From positions 151,509 through 215,508 of the forward strand of contig JALHMH010000004.1 in NCBI GenBank assembly GCA_022844165.1: a DNA stretch of 64,000 nucleotides, in the 5' to 3' direction. The notes beneath the pieces were generated by a model. It searched no databases. It was not told the DNA's origin and worked only from the letters and a program-made list of their open reading frames with translations. Below, one piece after another: positions 20,282 through 29,054 of this stretch (the first letter of the stretch is position 1; each line of letters begins with the position of its first letter). A program made the translations under genes and the position numbers. This DNA is from Lysobacterales bacterium. GTDB lineage: Bacteria > Pseudomonadota > Gammaproteobacteria > Xanthomonadales > SZUA-5.

Positions 20282-21805
20282 TCAAGTCACGGCGTTGAGA
20301 ATGATGACGAGCATCAGGCCCAGTAACACCAGCGAGGCCAGACACGGTACCAGCGTTCGCCTCAGTATGTCGGCCTCCCGTCCCGCAAGTCCAACGGTTG
20401 CAGCGCCCGCGACGATATTGTGCGGGCAAATGATGTTGCCAATGGCCGCACCGGCGGTTTGCCCAGCGGCCATCCAGGTGCTCGATAAACCCAGCGCCGT
20501 TGCGGTTTGCGTTTGTAGCGTACTGAAAAGTACGTTCGAAGCCGTTGCTGATCCAGTGACAAAACTGCCCAGCGCGCCAACCGTAGGCGCGAGCAGCGGC
20601 CAACCGCGACCGAAACTCTCCACGGCAGCTGCTTGCAGGGCCGCGATCATTCCCGAATGCAGCATCCATCGCGACAGGCACAACATCGCAAACAACGCCG
20701 CTGCCACTGGAAGCAACCGACGGCCTGAGGCTGTCAGCGCCGGAGCAAGCGGGCGCAGGGATCTGCTCTGTATCCATGTGCCGGCAAGCAGTGCCGCCAC
20801 CAATAAGGTGCCAGGGTGACCCAAAGGCTGAATCTGCCCTCGATAATCTTCCCAAAGCCGCCAATGCAGGACCAGGCTGGTCAGCGCATTGTCTGGCAGG
20901 AGGCGTGTTGCGAATACCAGCAACGTCAGCGAGAAGTAAGGTGCCAACGCGTGTGCCAGCGAAGCGCTGTCAGGCGACGTGTCGCTGGATTGATGGTCGT
21001 CCGCCCGGTATCGGATCGCCATCGCAAGCACCAACCCGGCGACCAGTGCGCCAACCAGCGTTGGTAGAGCGGGTCCAATCAGGAATGCAACGCACACGGC
21101 AGGTAATGTGAAGCTGGCGGCTGTCAGTGCCGCCCAGCGCCCGACATGCAACGTGCGATCGACGTCCGCGTTGGCCAGCGTGGTGCGGAATGTTCGCACG
21201 AAGTACACCATCATCAGACTCGCCGCGCCGGCATTCAGCAACGCGGTCCGCCAGGCGATCGAATCGCCTGAGAGACCGGTCAGTGTCGATTGCGCCGCGA
21301 CCGGTGTGCCCAGAGCGCCGAAACTGACGCCGATCGCATGTCCCAGCAGGGCCAGTACGACGGACTGCAGCGGCGGAACGCCAAGTCCCGCCAACAACGG
21401 GGCAACCAGTGCTACGGGCGTGCCGAATCCTGCGGCGCCCTCGAGAAACAACGACAGGCACCAGCCAATCAGCAGCACCTGCAACATCGGTTGGTGCGTT
21501 AGCCGACACACGGCTGCGCGCAGCGCGTCCAGTGCACCATTGTTCTGCTGCATCTGGTGCAGCGTCAGCGCCGGCCAGAGTATCCACAGGATGGTTGCCG
21601 TGATGAAAGCGGCTTCCGCCGCAACACCGGCCACCATCAACGCCCCATTTTCGCCTACGTCGAACGCGAGCGTTGCCAGACCCAGCGCCAGAACCAGGCC
21701 GACGCTGCCAGCGCGCGCTGCCGACCAGCCCGCAACCAGCATCAGCGCCAACACGGTCAGGATCGGCGCAACGGCGAGCACTGCCGTCGCCATGGTCGTA
21801 CTCAT
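20282..21805 (-). CDS. lctP: L-lactate permease family protein
   Basis: FLEGAAGFGTP, VSFGALGTP, GSFVTGSATASNVLF, GNIICPHNI; polytopic membrane protein. Confidence 0.88.
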   Translation of the reverse strand: MSTTMATAVLAVAPILTVLALMLVAGWSAARAGSVGLVLALGLATLAFDVGENGALMVAGVAAEAAFITATILWILWPALTLHQMQQNNGALDALRAAVCRLTHQPMLQVLLIGWCLSLFLEGAAGFGTPVALVAPLLAGLGVPPLQSVVLALLGHAIGVSFGALGTPVAAQSTLTGLSGDSIAWRTALLNAGAASLMMVYFVRTFRTTLANADVDRTLHVGRWAALTAASFTLPAVCVAFLIGPALPTLVGALVAGLVLAMAIRYRADDHQSSDTSPDSASLAHALAPYFSLTLLVFATRLLPDNALTSLVLHWRLWEDYRGQIQPLGHPGTLLVAALLAGTWIQSRSLRPLAPALTASGRRLLPVAAALFAMLCLSRWMLHSGMIAALQAAAVESFGRGWPLLAPTVGALGSFVTGSATASNVLFSTLQTQTATALGLSSTWMAAGQTAGAAIGNIICPHNIVAGAATVGLAGREADILRRTLVPCLASLVLLGLMLVIILNAVT

Positions 21806-22806
21806 GCCACGCGTTCGAGCGACACCGGGTGAGTGGGTCTGCCGTCGCGCGCGTAGGCATCGGCGTTAGCCAGTGTCGTGGTTGCGATGGCTGTCATTGC
21901 CTGTACGGTAAAGAACCCCTGGTGTCCGGTGATGAGCACGTTCGGAAAGGTCAGTAGTCGCGCAAAGACATCGTCTTGCAGCACGTCTTCGGAGAGGTCG
22001 CGAAAAAACAGATCACCTTCCTCTTCATACACGTCGAGTGCCAGGCCGCCAAGCCGCCCGCGTTTCAATGCGGCGATGGCGGCGCGCGTATCGATCACCG
22101 CACCGCGGCTGGTATTGACCAGCATTGCGCCCGGCTTCATGACGGCGAATGCCGCCGAACCGATCAGGTGCCGCGTGTCCGGTGTCAATGGACAATGCAG
22201 GCTGACGACATCGCTCGCGCAAAGCAACTCCTGCAAATCGACGTAGTCGACACCGATCGCACGCAGCTCCGGATTGGGAAGTGGATCGTTCGCCAACACC
22301 CGGCACCCGAACGCCGCCATGAGGCGTGCGAATCGGCCCCCGATTTTGCCCGTGCCGACAACGCCGATCGTGCTCCCATGCAGGTCGAAGCCGAGTAGGC
22401 CTTCGAGTGCGAAGTTGCCCTCACGAACGCGGGCGTAGGCGCGGTGAATCTTGCGGTTCAGTGTCAAGATCAGTGCAATCGTATGTTCCGCGACCGCATA
22501 CGGCGAATACTCGGGCACGCGCGCGATGGCCACACCGAGCGCAGCAGCGGAAGCCAAATCGACGTGGTTAAACCCGGCCGAGCGCAGCAGCACGAGCCGA
22601 ATACCGAGCTGATGTAAGCGCAGCAGCACGCTCGCGTTCAGGCAATCGTTGACGAAAGCGCAAATCGCTTCTGCGCCGTCGGCGGCCGCGGCCGTCGAGA
22701 CATCCAGGCGGCTTTCGAGGAAGGTCAGGCTGTGCCTGCCGTCGGCGTTTGCCGCATTGAAAAACCGGCGGTCATAGCTACGGGCGCTGTAGACGACAAT
22801 GTGCAT
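21802..22806 (-). CDS. ldhA: NAD-dependent D-lactate dehydrogenase (D-2-hydroxyacid dehydrogenase)
   Basis: LRSAGFNHVDL, YSPYAVAEH, GTGKIG, NTSRG, LDVYEEE, LLTFPNVLITGHQGF. Confidence 0.92.
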   Translation of the reverse strand: MHIVVYSARSYDRRFFNAANADGRHSLTFLESRLDVSTAAAADGAEAICAFVNDCLNASVLLRLHQLGIRLVLLRSAGFNHVDLASAAALGVAIARVPEYSPYAVAEHTIALILTLNRKIHRAYARVREGNFALEGLLGFDLHGSTIGVVGTGKIGGRFARLMAAFGCRVLANDPLPNPELRAIGVDYVDLQELLCASDVVSLHCPLTPDTRHLIGSAAFAVMKPGAMLVNTSRGAVIDTRAAIAALKRGRLGGLALDVYEEEGDLFFRDLSEDVLQDDVFARLLTFPNVLITGHQGFFTVQAMTAIATTTLANADAYARDGRPTHPVSLERVA

Positions 22807-22912
22807 GGTAGTGTCTCCCGATCGAGATTGGGCGTGCCGCGCGAGTCATCCTGCGACAAGTTTGCGCTGACGGTGGCATAGTCGACATTTCCCGTCAAAC
22901 AAGGAGCACTGT

Positions 22913-23479
22913 ATGGGTCTGTTTAGTTTTGTGGCGTCCGCTGGCGCCAAGCTGTTCGGCGGCAAGAAGCCGTCGGAAATCCCCAATTTGAGTGCACTGG
23001 TTCGCGAACATGTGCGCAAGGTGGGTCTGCCGGTAGATCACGTGCACTATTGGTTCGAAAAGGAAGTTTTGGTTGCCGCCGGCTGGGTGAAGGACAAGGC
23101 GACAAAAGAGAAGCTCATCGTCGCCGTTGGCAATGTCGAAGGCGTCGATCAAGTAGAAGATCGACTTGTCGTTGGTGCGCCGCCAAAGTTCGATACGCCC
23201 GCCCCAGCAGCCACGCCGAGTCCGGCGGCCACCCCGATCATTGCCGAGGCCCCGATCCCGGTGGAAGCTCTGCCCACCAGGGAAGACGCGGAGAAGGACG
23301 CATTCGAGAGCCGTACGCATGTGGTTGAAAAAGGTGACACGCTGTCGAAGATCGCGAAAGAGGTCTATGGCAATGCCAACAAGTACATGGTGATCTTCGA
23401 GGCCAACAAACCGATGTTGGCCGATCCGGACAAGATCTACCCAGGCCAGGTCTTGCGGATTCCGCCGCTCGAAAAATGA
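22913..23479 (+). CDS. BON + LysM domain protein (Kbp/YgaU-like) with Pro/Ala linker
   Basis: MGLFSFVASAGAKLFG; AVGNVEGV; LysM VEKGDTLSKIAKEVYGNANKY.IFEANKPML.DPDKIYPGQVLRIP. Confidence 0.93.
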   Translation: MGLFSFVASAGAKLFGGKKPSEIPNLSALVREHVRKVGLPVDHVHYWFEKEVLVAAGWVKDKATKEKLIVAVGNVEGVDQVEDRLVVGAPPKFDTPAPAATPSPAATPIIAEAPIPVEALPTREDAEKDAFESRTHVVEKGDTLSKIAKEVYGNANKYMVIFEANKPMLADPDKIYPGQVLRIPPLEK

Positions 23480-24078
23480 GCGTCATCACCATTGATGGTC
23501 CGTCGGGTGCGCTGGAAGGCGTGCTCGGTGGTGCCTCTGAGCCGACGCGGATCGCGGTTATCTGCCATCCGCACCCACTGCACGGTGGGACGATGAGCAA
23601 TAAAGTCGTGACCATGCTGGAGCGCACGCTGGCGCAGATGCAGTGCGCCACCTTGCGCTTCAATTTTCGCGGCGTGGGGGCTTCGGCTGGCCAATTCGAT
23701 GAAGGGCGCGGTGAGCAGGATGATCTGGCCGCTGCCGTCGCTTTTCTGCGCGCGCGGATGCCCAACTTACCCTTGTGGCTCGCGGGGTTTTCTTTTGGCG
23801 CCTTTGTCAGCGCAGCACAGGCCGATGCGCTGAACGCGCAGTGCCTGATCAGCGTTGCGCCCCCGGTTGCGCGGTTTGGACTGGCATTCCCCACGCGGCC
23901 TCGCGCGCGCTGGATTGTTGCGCAGGGCGACGCCGACGAAGTGATATCTGCGACCGACGTCTTCGCTTTTTTCGAGGGCATCAATCCGCCGGTTGAGATG
24001 CTCAGGTTCGCCGGCGCCGGTCACTTTTTTCACGGTCGATTGGTCGAACTGCGCGATCGGTTGCTGACCTTGCTCTGA
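23476..24078 (+). CDS. Alpha/beta hydrolase
   Basis: CHPHPLHGGTMSNKVV, RFNFRGVG, GFSFG nucleophile elbow, GHFFHG. Confidence 0.92.
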   Translation: MSVITIDGPSGALEGVLGGASEPTRIAVICHPHPLHGGTMSNKVVTMLERTLAQMQCATLRFNFRGVGASAGQFDEGRGEQDDLAAAVAFLRARMPNLPLWLAGFSFGAFVSAAQADALNAQCLISVAPPVARFGLAFPTRPRARWIVAQGDADEVISATDVFAFFEGINPPVEMLRFAGAGHFFHGRLVELRDRLLTLL

Positions 24079-24206
24079 GCGTATCGTGGTTGAGTGCTTC
24101 ACGGGGAATGTGCCGACCCGGTGGAAACCACCGGATCGGCCACTTCGACGACACATGTGCGAGCAAGCTTCCCTTGTTCGAAGGAAGCTGCATGGCTGGA
24201 GACGGG

Positions 24207-24413
24207 TCAGACCGACTTTTGAGTGAGTTCGAACGCAGCCAGCTGTCGTTCTGCTTCGTCTTTGCTGATGCCGTAGGCTTCCTGAATCCGCCCAGCTAAT
24301 TCGACTCGACGTCCGTCGATGACTTCTAATTGGTCGTCGGTCAGCTTGCCCCACTGTGCTTTGACCTGGCCGCGAAATTGTTTCCAGTTGCCTTTGGCGA
24401 TATCCCAGTTCAC
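24207..24413 (-). CDS. csbD: CsbD/YjbJ family general stress protein
   Basis: AGGAG RBS then GTG; NWDIAKGNWKQFRGQVKAQWGKLTDD...GRIQEAYG. Confidence 0.92.
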   Translation of the reverse strand: MNWDIAKGNWKQFRGQVKAQWGKLTDDQLEVIDGRRVELAGRIQEAYGISKDEAERQLAAFELTQKSV

Positions 24414-24462
24414 ATTCTTCTCCTGATTGGAGGCCTCAGCATGTGCCACCCATTGAGTTGCG

Positions 24463-24482
24463 TCTGTTCGGTTGCGCACCAG
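24463..24482. promoter_or_regulatory. Copy of shared palindromic motif, ~50 bp upstream of csbD
   Basis: TCTGTTCG-GTTG-CGCACCAG; matches the sites at 27773, 28848 and 40051. Confidence 0.55.
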
Positions 24483-24517
24483 AGCCAGAGTTCGCGGATT
24501 GGATCGCGGGTCGCAGA

Positions 24518-24898
24518 TCATCTGCCGTTGCGAACAGGTGTTGCGGTATTTGACGTCCGATCCGGGGGCGGTTCGCAACGATCCACTTGAGGTCGGGTTG
24601 ACGCCTCAATGCGTGACCCGCGCATCCTGTCGACCACGGTGAGAACTGCATATCCAGTCACCCAGGCGCGCTCGAGCCATCGACGGGGACGCCCAATGGG
24701 AAGCACCGCGATCACGCCGGCACTCGCCAGCAGCCAGAGCGGATGGCGCCACAATGCTGGCAATGTTGACGCTTTCGCGATCGCCGTCAGTGGGCGCTGC
24801 CAAGGCCGAATACACGCGACGATGATCAAGCGATGAGCAGCGTCTGCGGTTAACAGCTGGCGACGGCGATCTGCGATTCGCTGCAGGCGACCCGTCAT
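24518..24898 (-). CDS. YqjK-like protein
   Basis: RRRQLL N-terminus, LWRHPLWLLA, RPRRWLERAW; third gene of a YqjD-E-K-like triad; ATGA overlap. Confidence 0.65.
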   Translation of the reverse strand: MTGRLQRIADRRRQLLTADAAHRLIIVACIRPWQRPLTAIAKASTLPALWRHPLWLLASAGVIAVLPIGRPRRWLERAWVTGYAVLTVVDRMRGSRIEASTRPQVDRCEPPPDRTSNTATPVRNGR

Positions 24899-25281
24899 CG
24901 TGGGCTCCTGGTGCGGCGATCTTTTTCCAGCGTAGATAAACTCGTCGAGAAAATGCTCGGCATCTGCTGCGCACGGCGAAGTACCAGGGCGCAGGCAAGA
25001 AAACCGACCAGCAGTAAAGCAGCTGCGATCGCAACAACGAGCGCGAGCCGGCGTTCGTCGGGGATCGCCATCAACAACGCAATCACAGAGAGTACGCCGC
25101 CAATGCCAATCGCAACCATGGCACCGAGCGCAATGAACAGCATGGAAGTCAACCGAACCCGACTCTCATCGAGATCGAGAGACAACAGTTCCAGGCGGGT
25201 GCACGCAACTGCGTGCACCGATTCGGCCAGCATCGTCAAAGATGCCAGGAGACCTTGAGACGAAGGCGCCCGGGCCGACAT
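24895..25281 (-). CDS. YqjE / holin-like family membrane protein
   Basis: TRLELLSLDLDE, two TM helices, FSTSLSTLEKDR. Confidence 0.8.
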   Translation of the reverse strand: MSARAPSSQGLLASLTMLAESVHAVACTRLELLSLDLDESRVRLTSMLFIALGAMVAIGIGGVLSVIALLMAIPDERRLALVVAIAAALLLVGFLACALVLRRAQQMPSIFSTSLSTLEKDRRTRSPR

Positions 25282-25284
25282 GGT

Positions 25285-25632
25285 TCAGCGCCTCGCGAGC
25301 ATCGCGCCGACCAGCAGGCCGGCAATACTGGCTGCCCCAACCGCGGCCCAGGAGTGGGCGTGGACATAAGTATCGGTTGCAACAGCAGCGTCGCGCGCAC
25401 GGATGCCGAGCTTCTCGCGAGCCACGTCGACATGTTCCTTGAGCGACCGCAGCGATTCCCGGACACTTGCTTGAATATCGCTGAGCTTCTCGCTGCCGAC
25501 ATCGGTTGCGGTCTTCAGAACGATCTCAGCATCGGTCAGTACTTGCTTGAGTTCGGACATCAAGTCGTCGCCGACGGGCACATCTGTTGCTCGGACGGCT
25601 TCTGATGGGTTGAGTGAATTGGGCATACGCAT
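25285..25632 (-). CDS. DUF883 / ElaB-YqjD family tail-anchored protein
   Basis: GGAG RBS before ATG 25632; ATDTYVHAHSWAAVGAASIAGLLVGAMLARR tail. Confidence 0.88.
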   Translation of the reverse strand: MRMPNSLNPSEAVRATDVPVGDDLMSELKQVLTDAEIVLKTATDVGSEKLSDIQASVRESLRSLKEHVDVAREKLGIRARDAAVATDTYVHAHSWAAVGAASIAGLLVGAMLARR

Positions 25633-25758
25633 GGTGATTCTCCAAGATAGAAATTTCGTGATGGCAGCCCGGCACACCGCTGCGCGCGGAAGTGCCTGGC
25701 GATGGCATGGGTCCGAATCGTCTGCACCCGGACACCGACTGTTGTTCGAGGGGCAAGG

Positions 25759-26412
25759 CTAGGTGCGATTGGCGAATCTCAGTCCTGCGCCGATCAACAG
25801 GGCGCCGATGCCGAGCACAGCAAACCAGGGCAACACGCCGGCGGTGTTCGGCAAACGCAGAGCGGACGGCGAAAGCACCGGCGCAGCTTGCGCCAATTGC
25901 GGTGGTTCTGCGGGTGCTTCATAGCGGACAATGCGCCCATACGACTCTGGCGGCGTTCCGACTTCGGTCGTCAATGCGGCTGCGCCCTCAGGGACGTATA
26001 AATTGATGCGTTGGCCCCCGCGGAGTGCTGTGAACGGGTACTTGCGGCCATCCAGCGTTACCTGTTGGCCAGGATTGTTGAGCACCGTGTAACGGCCCAT
26101 CGACCGACCGCCGGGGCTGACGAAGTCGGCGACTACCGAACCGTCGCGATCCAGTCGTATGAAGTCTGCTTCGAAGCGTGCCCATTTGTTGCCGTTGTTA
26201 TTGATGACTTCGAAACAGGCGTCGGGGATGCGCGGGTACTGTTCGATCAGTTCCAGATTCCAGGCCATGTCGACCTGCCCGCAGCTCAGAGTGCGCGTAT
26301 GAGTCGGCTCGAGGTCTTTGGTGTCCATGCCCTGTGCGAAAGCGAAGTTGGTAAACGCGAGACTGAGAATCAATGGCGTAATGCGCGAATTGTGAGTCTT
26401 CAACGATTTCAT
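25759..26412 (-). CDS. Secreted protein with C-terminal LPxTA sortase sorting signal
   Basis: AAGGAG RBS; signal peptide ending AFA|Q; C-terminus LPNTAG + hydrophobic VLPWFAVLGIGALLIGAGL + basic RFANRT. Confidence 0.85.
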   Translation of the reverse strand: MKSLKTHNSRITPLILSLAFTNFAFAQGMDTKDLEPTHTRTLSCGQVDMAWNLELIEQYPRIPDACFEVINNNGNKWARFEADFIRLDRDGSVVADFVSPGGRSMGRYTVLNNPGQQVTLDGRKYPFTALRGGQRINLYVPEGAAALTTEVGTPPESYGRIVRYEAPAEPPQLAQAAPVLSPSALRLPNTAGVLPWFAVLGIGALLIGAGLRFANRT

Positions 26413-26620
26413 TGTGATGCTCCTTGTTGAGCCTGAACGGTGGGGATTTAACCCCTTGTGGAACCACTTGTGCGCGAGAACGGTGCGGGCTCGGCCCTGC
26501 GCTTTACGACACACTCGCCGCCCTGGTTGCCAATGGGCAGCAACGGTGACTTCCGCGGCGATCTCGATCGAGCCGGGAAGACGGTTAACGATCGGGCAGC
26601 TCCTCTGCAACACACCCCGG

Positions 26621-27328
26621 TTAGTTGGGATCTTGATTCGCGACCAGCGCGCGAACGATGTAGCGCTTTGGCGCTTGACCGGCGAACCAGAACGGATAAC
26701 ACGTGATCAACGTCAATGCGGCGTGGTCTGTTGCTTGCAGCGGCGAAACGTCATCGGGGTCGACGATCGACACCGATGCGATTCGGTAGTGCACATGGCT
26801 GGCCATGCTTTCAAACTCGATCCAATCGCCGATCTTGACCCGGCTCAGTGCTCGGAAGTAGCCGTCGCGATGCGCGGCGATAGCGATGTTCCCAATTTCC
26901 TCATGCATACCGTCGGTCGTTACCAGACTCGCGCCACGGTTGAGGTTCCGTTCGCTCAGAGTGGCATACACCGGTACTTCTAATTCGATACGTGGAATCC
27001 GCAGCAAAGCAATTGGCAGGGCGGAGTCGCTCGCGGAGCTGTCGGCGTACGAGCGGATTCGGCTGGCTGACCAGTCAGTTTGGTTGACTTCAGCTGGTGC
27101 CGCGTCGGACGCCAGGATGGGTATGAGCGCGCTCAATGGTGGGTTGCGCGGTGCAACAGCGTTCTGATCCGCAGCGTTGGCATACGCCTTGTTCTTCGCA
27201 AATGCTGTCATTGCCCGTTGGCGCTCCACCTCGCCGGAAAGGCGACCTCCGGCGTAAGTCAGTAGCAGGGCGACACCGATGATCCAGGAGGCCTTTTCAG
27301 CCTGCCGCACGAGTGAGTGGGCGCGCAT
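26621..27328 (-). CDS. Sortase (class D-like)
   Basis: N-terminal TM; LRIPRIELEVPV; GNIAIAAHRDGYFRAL (His); TLITCYPF (Cys); APKRYIVRA (Arg). Confidence 0.93.
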   Translation of the reverse strand: MRAHSLVRQAEKASWIIGVALLLTYAGGRLSGEVERQRAMTAFAKNKAYANAADQNAVAPRNPPLSALIPILASDAAPAEVNQTDWSASRIRSYADSSASDSALPIALLRIPRIELEVPVYATLSERNLNRGASLVTTDGMHEEIGNIAIAAHRDGYFRALSRVKIGDWIEFESMASHVHYRIASVSIVDPDDVSPLQATDHAALTLITCYPFWFAGQAPKRYIVRALVANQDPN

Positions 27329-27331
27329 GTG

Positions 27332-27511
27332 TCAGTGCCCGATCGCCGGTGTCAGGTCGTTTTCGCTTTGCGGAGAGCTTTGGGCGTCAGCCTCCTCCTC
27401 AATCCTCTCGCCAACCTTCTGCGTGTCTTTGCCGACCCCCCGGATCGTATTGCATCCGGCGAAGAGGTTGGCGATCACTAACAACGCAATGACACGAATG
27501 ATCGTCGACAT
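27332..27511 (-). CDS. Entericidin EcnA/B-family lipoprotein (59 aa, not in the ORF track)
   Basis: Translated by hand: MSTIIRVIALLVIANLFAGCNTIRGVGKDTQKVGERIEEEA...GH*; lipobox FAGC and the CNT..G.G.D....G..I signature; GGAG RBS. Confidence 0.85.
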   Translation of the reverse strand: MSTIIRVIALLVIANLFAGCNTIRGVGKDTQKVGERIEEEADAQSSPQSENDLTPAIGH

Positions 27512-27772
27512 GTCGAATCTCCCAATGCCTGGTCGGGCACGAGTGCCCTGCGAATCTGGGCGTCGGCAGGGGTGTCTACGGTCCTTGGCCGACGCTGGTT
27601 TGGTGTTTCACAAGAGTGTCCGTTGTTTTCTCGTGTCTCGCGGCTTTCCGGCACTGCGCGTTGCAGCCATCGCATCGCTATGGCTTCTGGTTGTACCTGA
27701 TCTGCGACGAGATCCATCGGAAACATGGGTCCATCTCTGTAAGCGCTACGTTAGTCGCGCTCTAAGGGGGCG

Positions 27773-27792
27773 TCTGTTCGCTGACGAACCAT
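27773..27792. promoter_or_regulatory. Copy of shared palindromic motif between divergent entericidin and csbD genes
   Basis: TCTGTTCG-CTGA-CGAACCAT; a further half-site CGCACAGA at 27970-27977. Confidence 0.55.
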
Positions 27793-28071
27793 GGCGTGGC
27801 CGGCGATCGACTTCGTCATGAGTGGTTCGAGTGGTTGGTCGCGCGCCGATCGAATCTGCCCGACTTCTGTGCCGGTGCGGCCGTCAAAGCCAACGGTCAC
27901 AGCGCTTTTCGGAGCGCTACGAACGCGTGGTATTGGTGTTCGGGTTTGCGACCGCTCATAGTGGCGTGGCGCACAGACCACCTAAACGAAGGCAGGGCAG
28001 CCTGTAGTGGCTATGCAGTCGAATCCAATCACTCGGCAGCACGGTACCCCTGGCAACGAAGGAGAAACTTC

Positions 28072-28269
28072 ATGATGAATTGGGATACGGCACACAATGA
28101 TTCAGCGCTGAAAGGCAAGCTCAAGACTCAATGGAGCAAGCTTTCCGACGTGCAGCTCGACTCGATCAAAGGCAAACGCCCGGCACTTCTGAGCACCATC
28201 CAAAGCGCGTACGGCGTGAGCAGCGACGAAGCCGAGAAGCAGGTCGCAAGCTTCGAGAAGCTCCACTGA
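28072..28269 (+). CDS. csbD: Second CsbD-family protein
   Basis: AAGGAG RBS; LKGKLKTQWSKLSD...IQSAYGVSSDEAEKQV. Confidence 0.85.
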   Translation: MMNWDTAHNDSALKGKLKTQWSKLSDVQLDSIKGKRPALLSTIQSAYGVSSDEAEKQVASFEKLH

Positions 28270-28689
28270 TCGGGTCATGACCTTGCTCATCGCAAACGCC
28301 GTGTGCAAGTCAGCCAGCCAAATCAGAGTTGTTTCATGACCATCGGAGTTTAGGCTCTCGTGGGGCAAGACACGCGCCGGCACATGCCGGCGCGCTTGGT
28401 TTGTGCCGTAGCGATCATGCATCAGCTTCGATGACTGCGATTGTTGCGTTGGCCGATCGATAACCGCCTGTGTGGCGACGATGTCTTCGATCGGATTGCC
28501 CTTCGCATTGCCAGTCTGTAGCGAAGCCCACAAGTGTGTTTCCTTGAGTCGACCCGTGGTGGCCCGACCCGCTGTGTTTCGAGCGATTCTGGCAGCGCCC
28601 GCTCAACTGGCAATAGCGCCGAAGACGGGGCCCATGAGAGGCCCGTGGGCTCTCGCCGCCAATCTTCAGTTTGTGCCCATCACCACACA

Positions 28690-28842
28690 AGAGTCCTTGA
28701 TGAAGCTGGATCTTGTCATTTGAGTCAAGGCTTTGGCTTTTGCAGCCCCTTAAGTTAAGGGGCGCGCGAAGCGCGGGTTGTGGGCAATACGGTGTCTGGC
28801 GAAGCCAACAATGCTCGGCGGTCTGAGGCGAAGCCTCGCTAG
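28690..28842. repeat. Dispersed structured repeat (MITE/REP-like), copy 1
   Basis: Shares an AGAGTCCTTGA start, a GC hairpin and an identical 39-bp core (28800-28838) with 32645-32814. Confidence 0.8.
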
Positions 28843-28847
28843 GAGCA

Positions 28848-28867
28848 GATGTGCGCTACCGCACCGA
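28848..28867. promoter_or_regulatory. Copy of shared palindromic motif upstream of the mlaE-like gene
   Basis: GATGTGCG-CTAC-CGCACCGA. Confidence 0.55.
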
Positions 28868-29054
28868 TGACGACGGCGTTGCGGTGCAACTTTGAGACTC
28901 CTTATCGCTCCAGGGGATCACGTGAGCCTTCGTTGTACCTGCGTAGTCGGCTACTGGGTGGCAGTTCGTCTTGAGAGTTTGCAGGACTGGCCAGCCAGGT
29001 GCGTTCGTGGCGCAAATTGCCTCGACCTCAACCGCCCGGGCGTTTGCTGGGATC

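Noticed and set aside
24895-25281. Holin-like gene as evidence of a prophage
   Set aside because: Sits in the YqjD-YqjE-YqjK stress triad; no phage genes nearby.
28800-28842. GCCAAC...G(C/T)TAG core of the dispersed repeat as an integron attC site
   Set aside because: Too short, poor fit to RYYYAAC/GTTRRRY, no cassette array and no integrase in the window.
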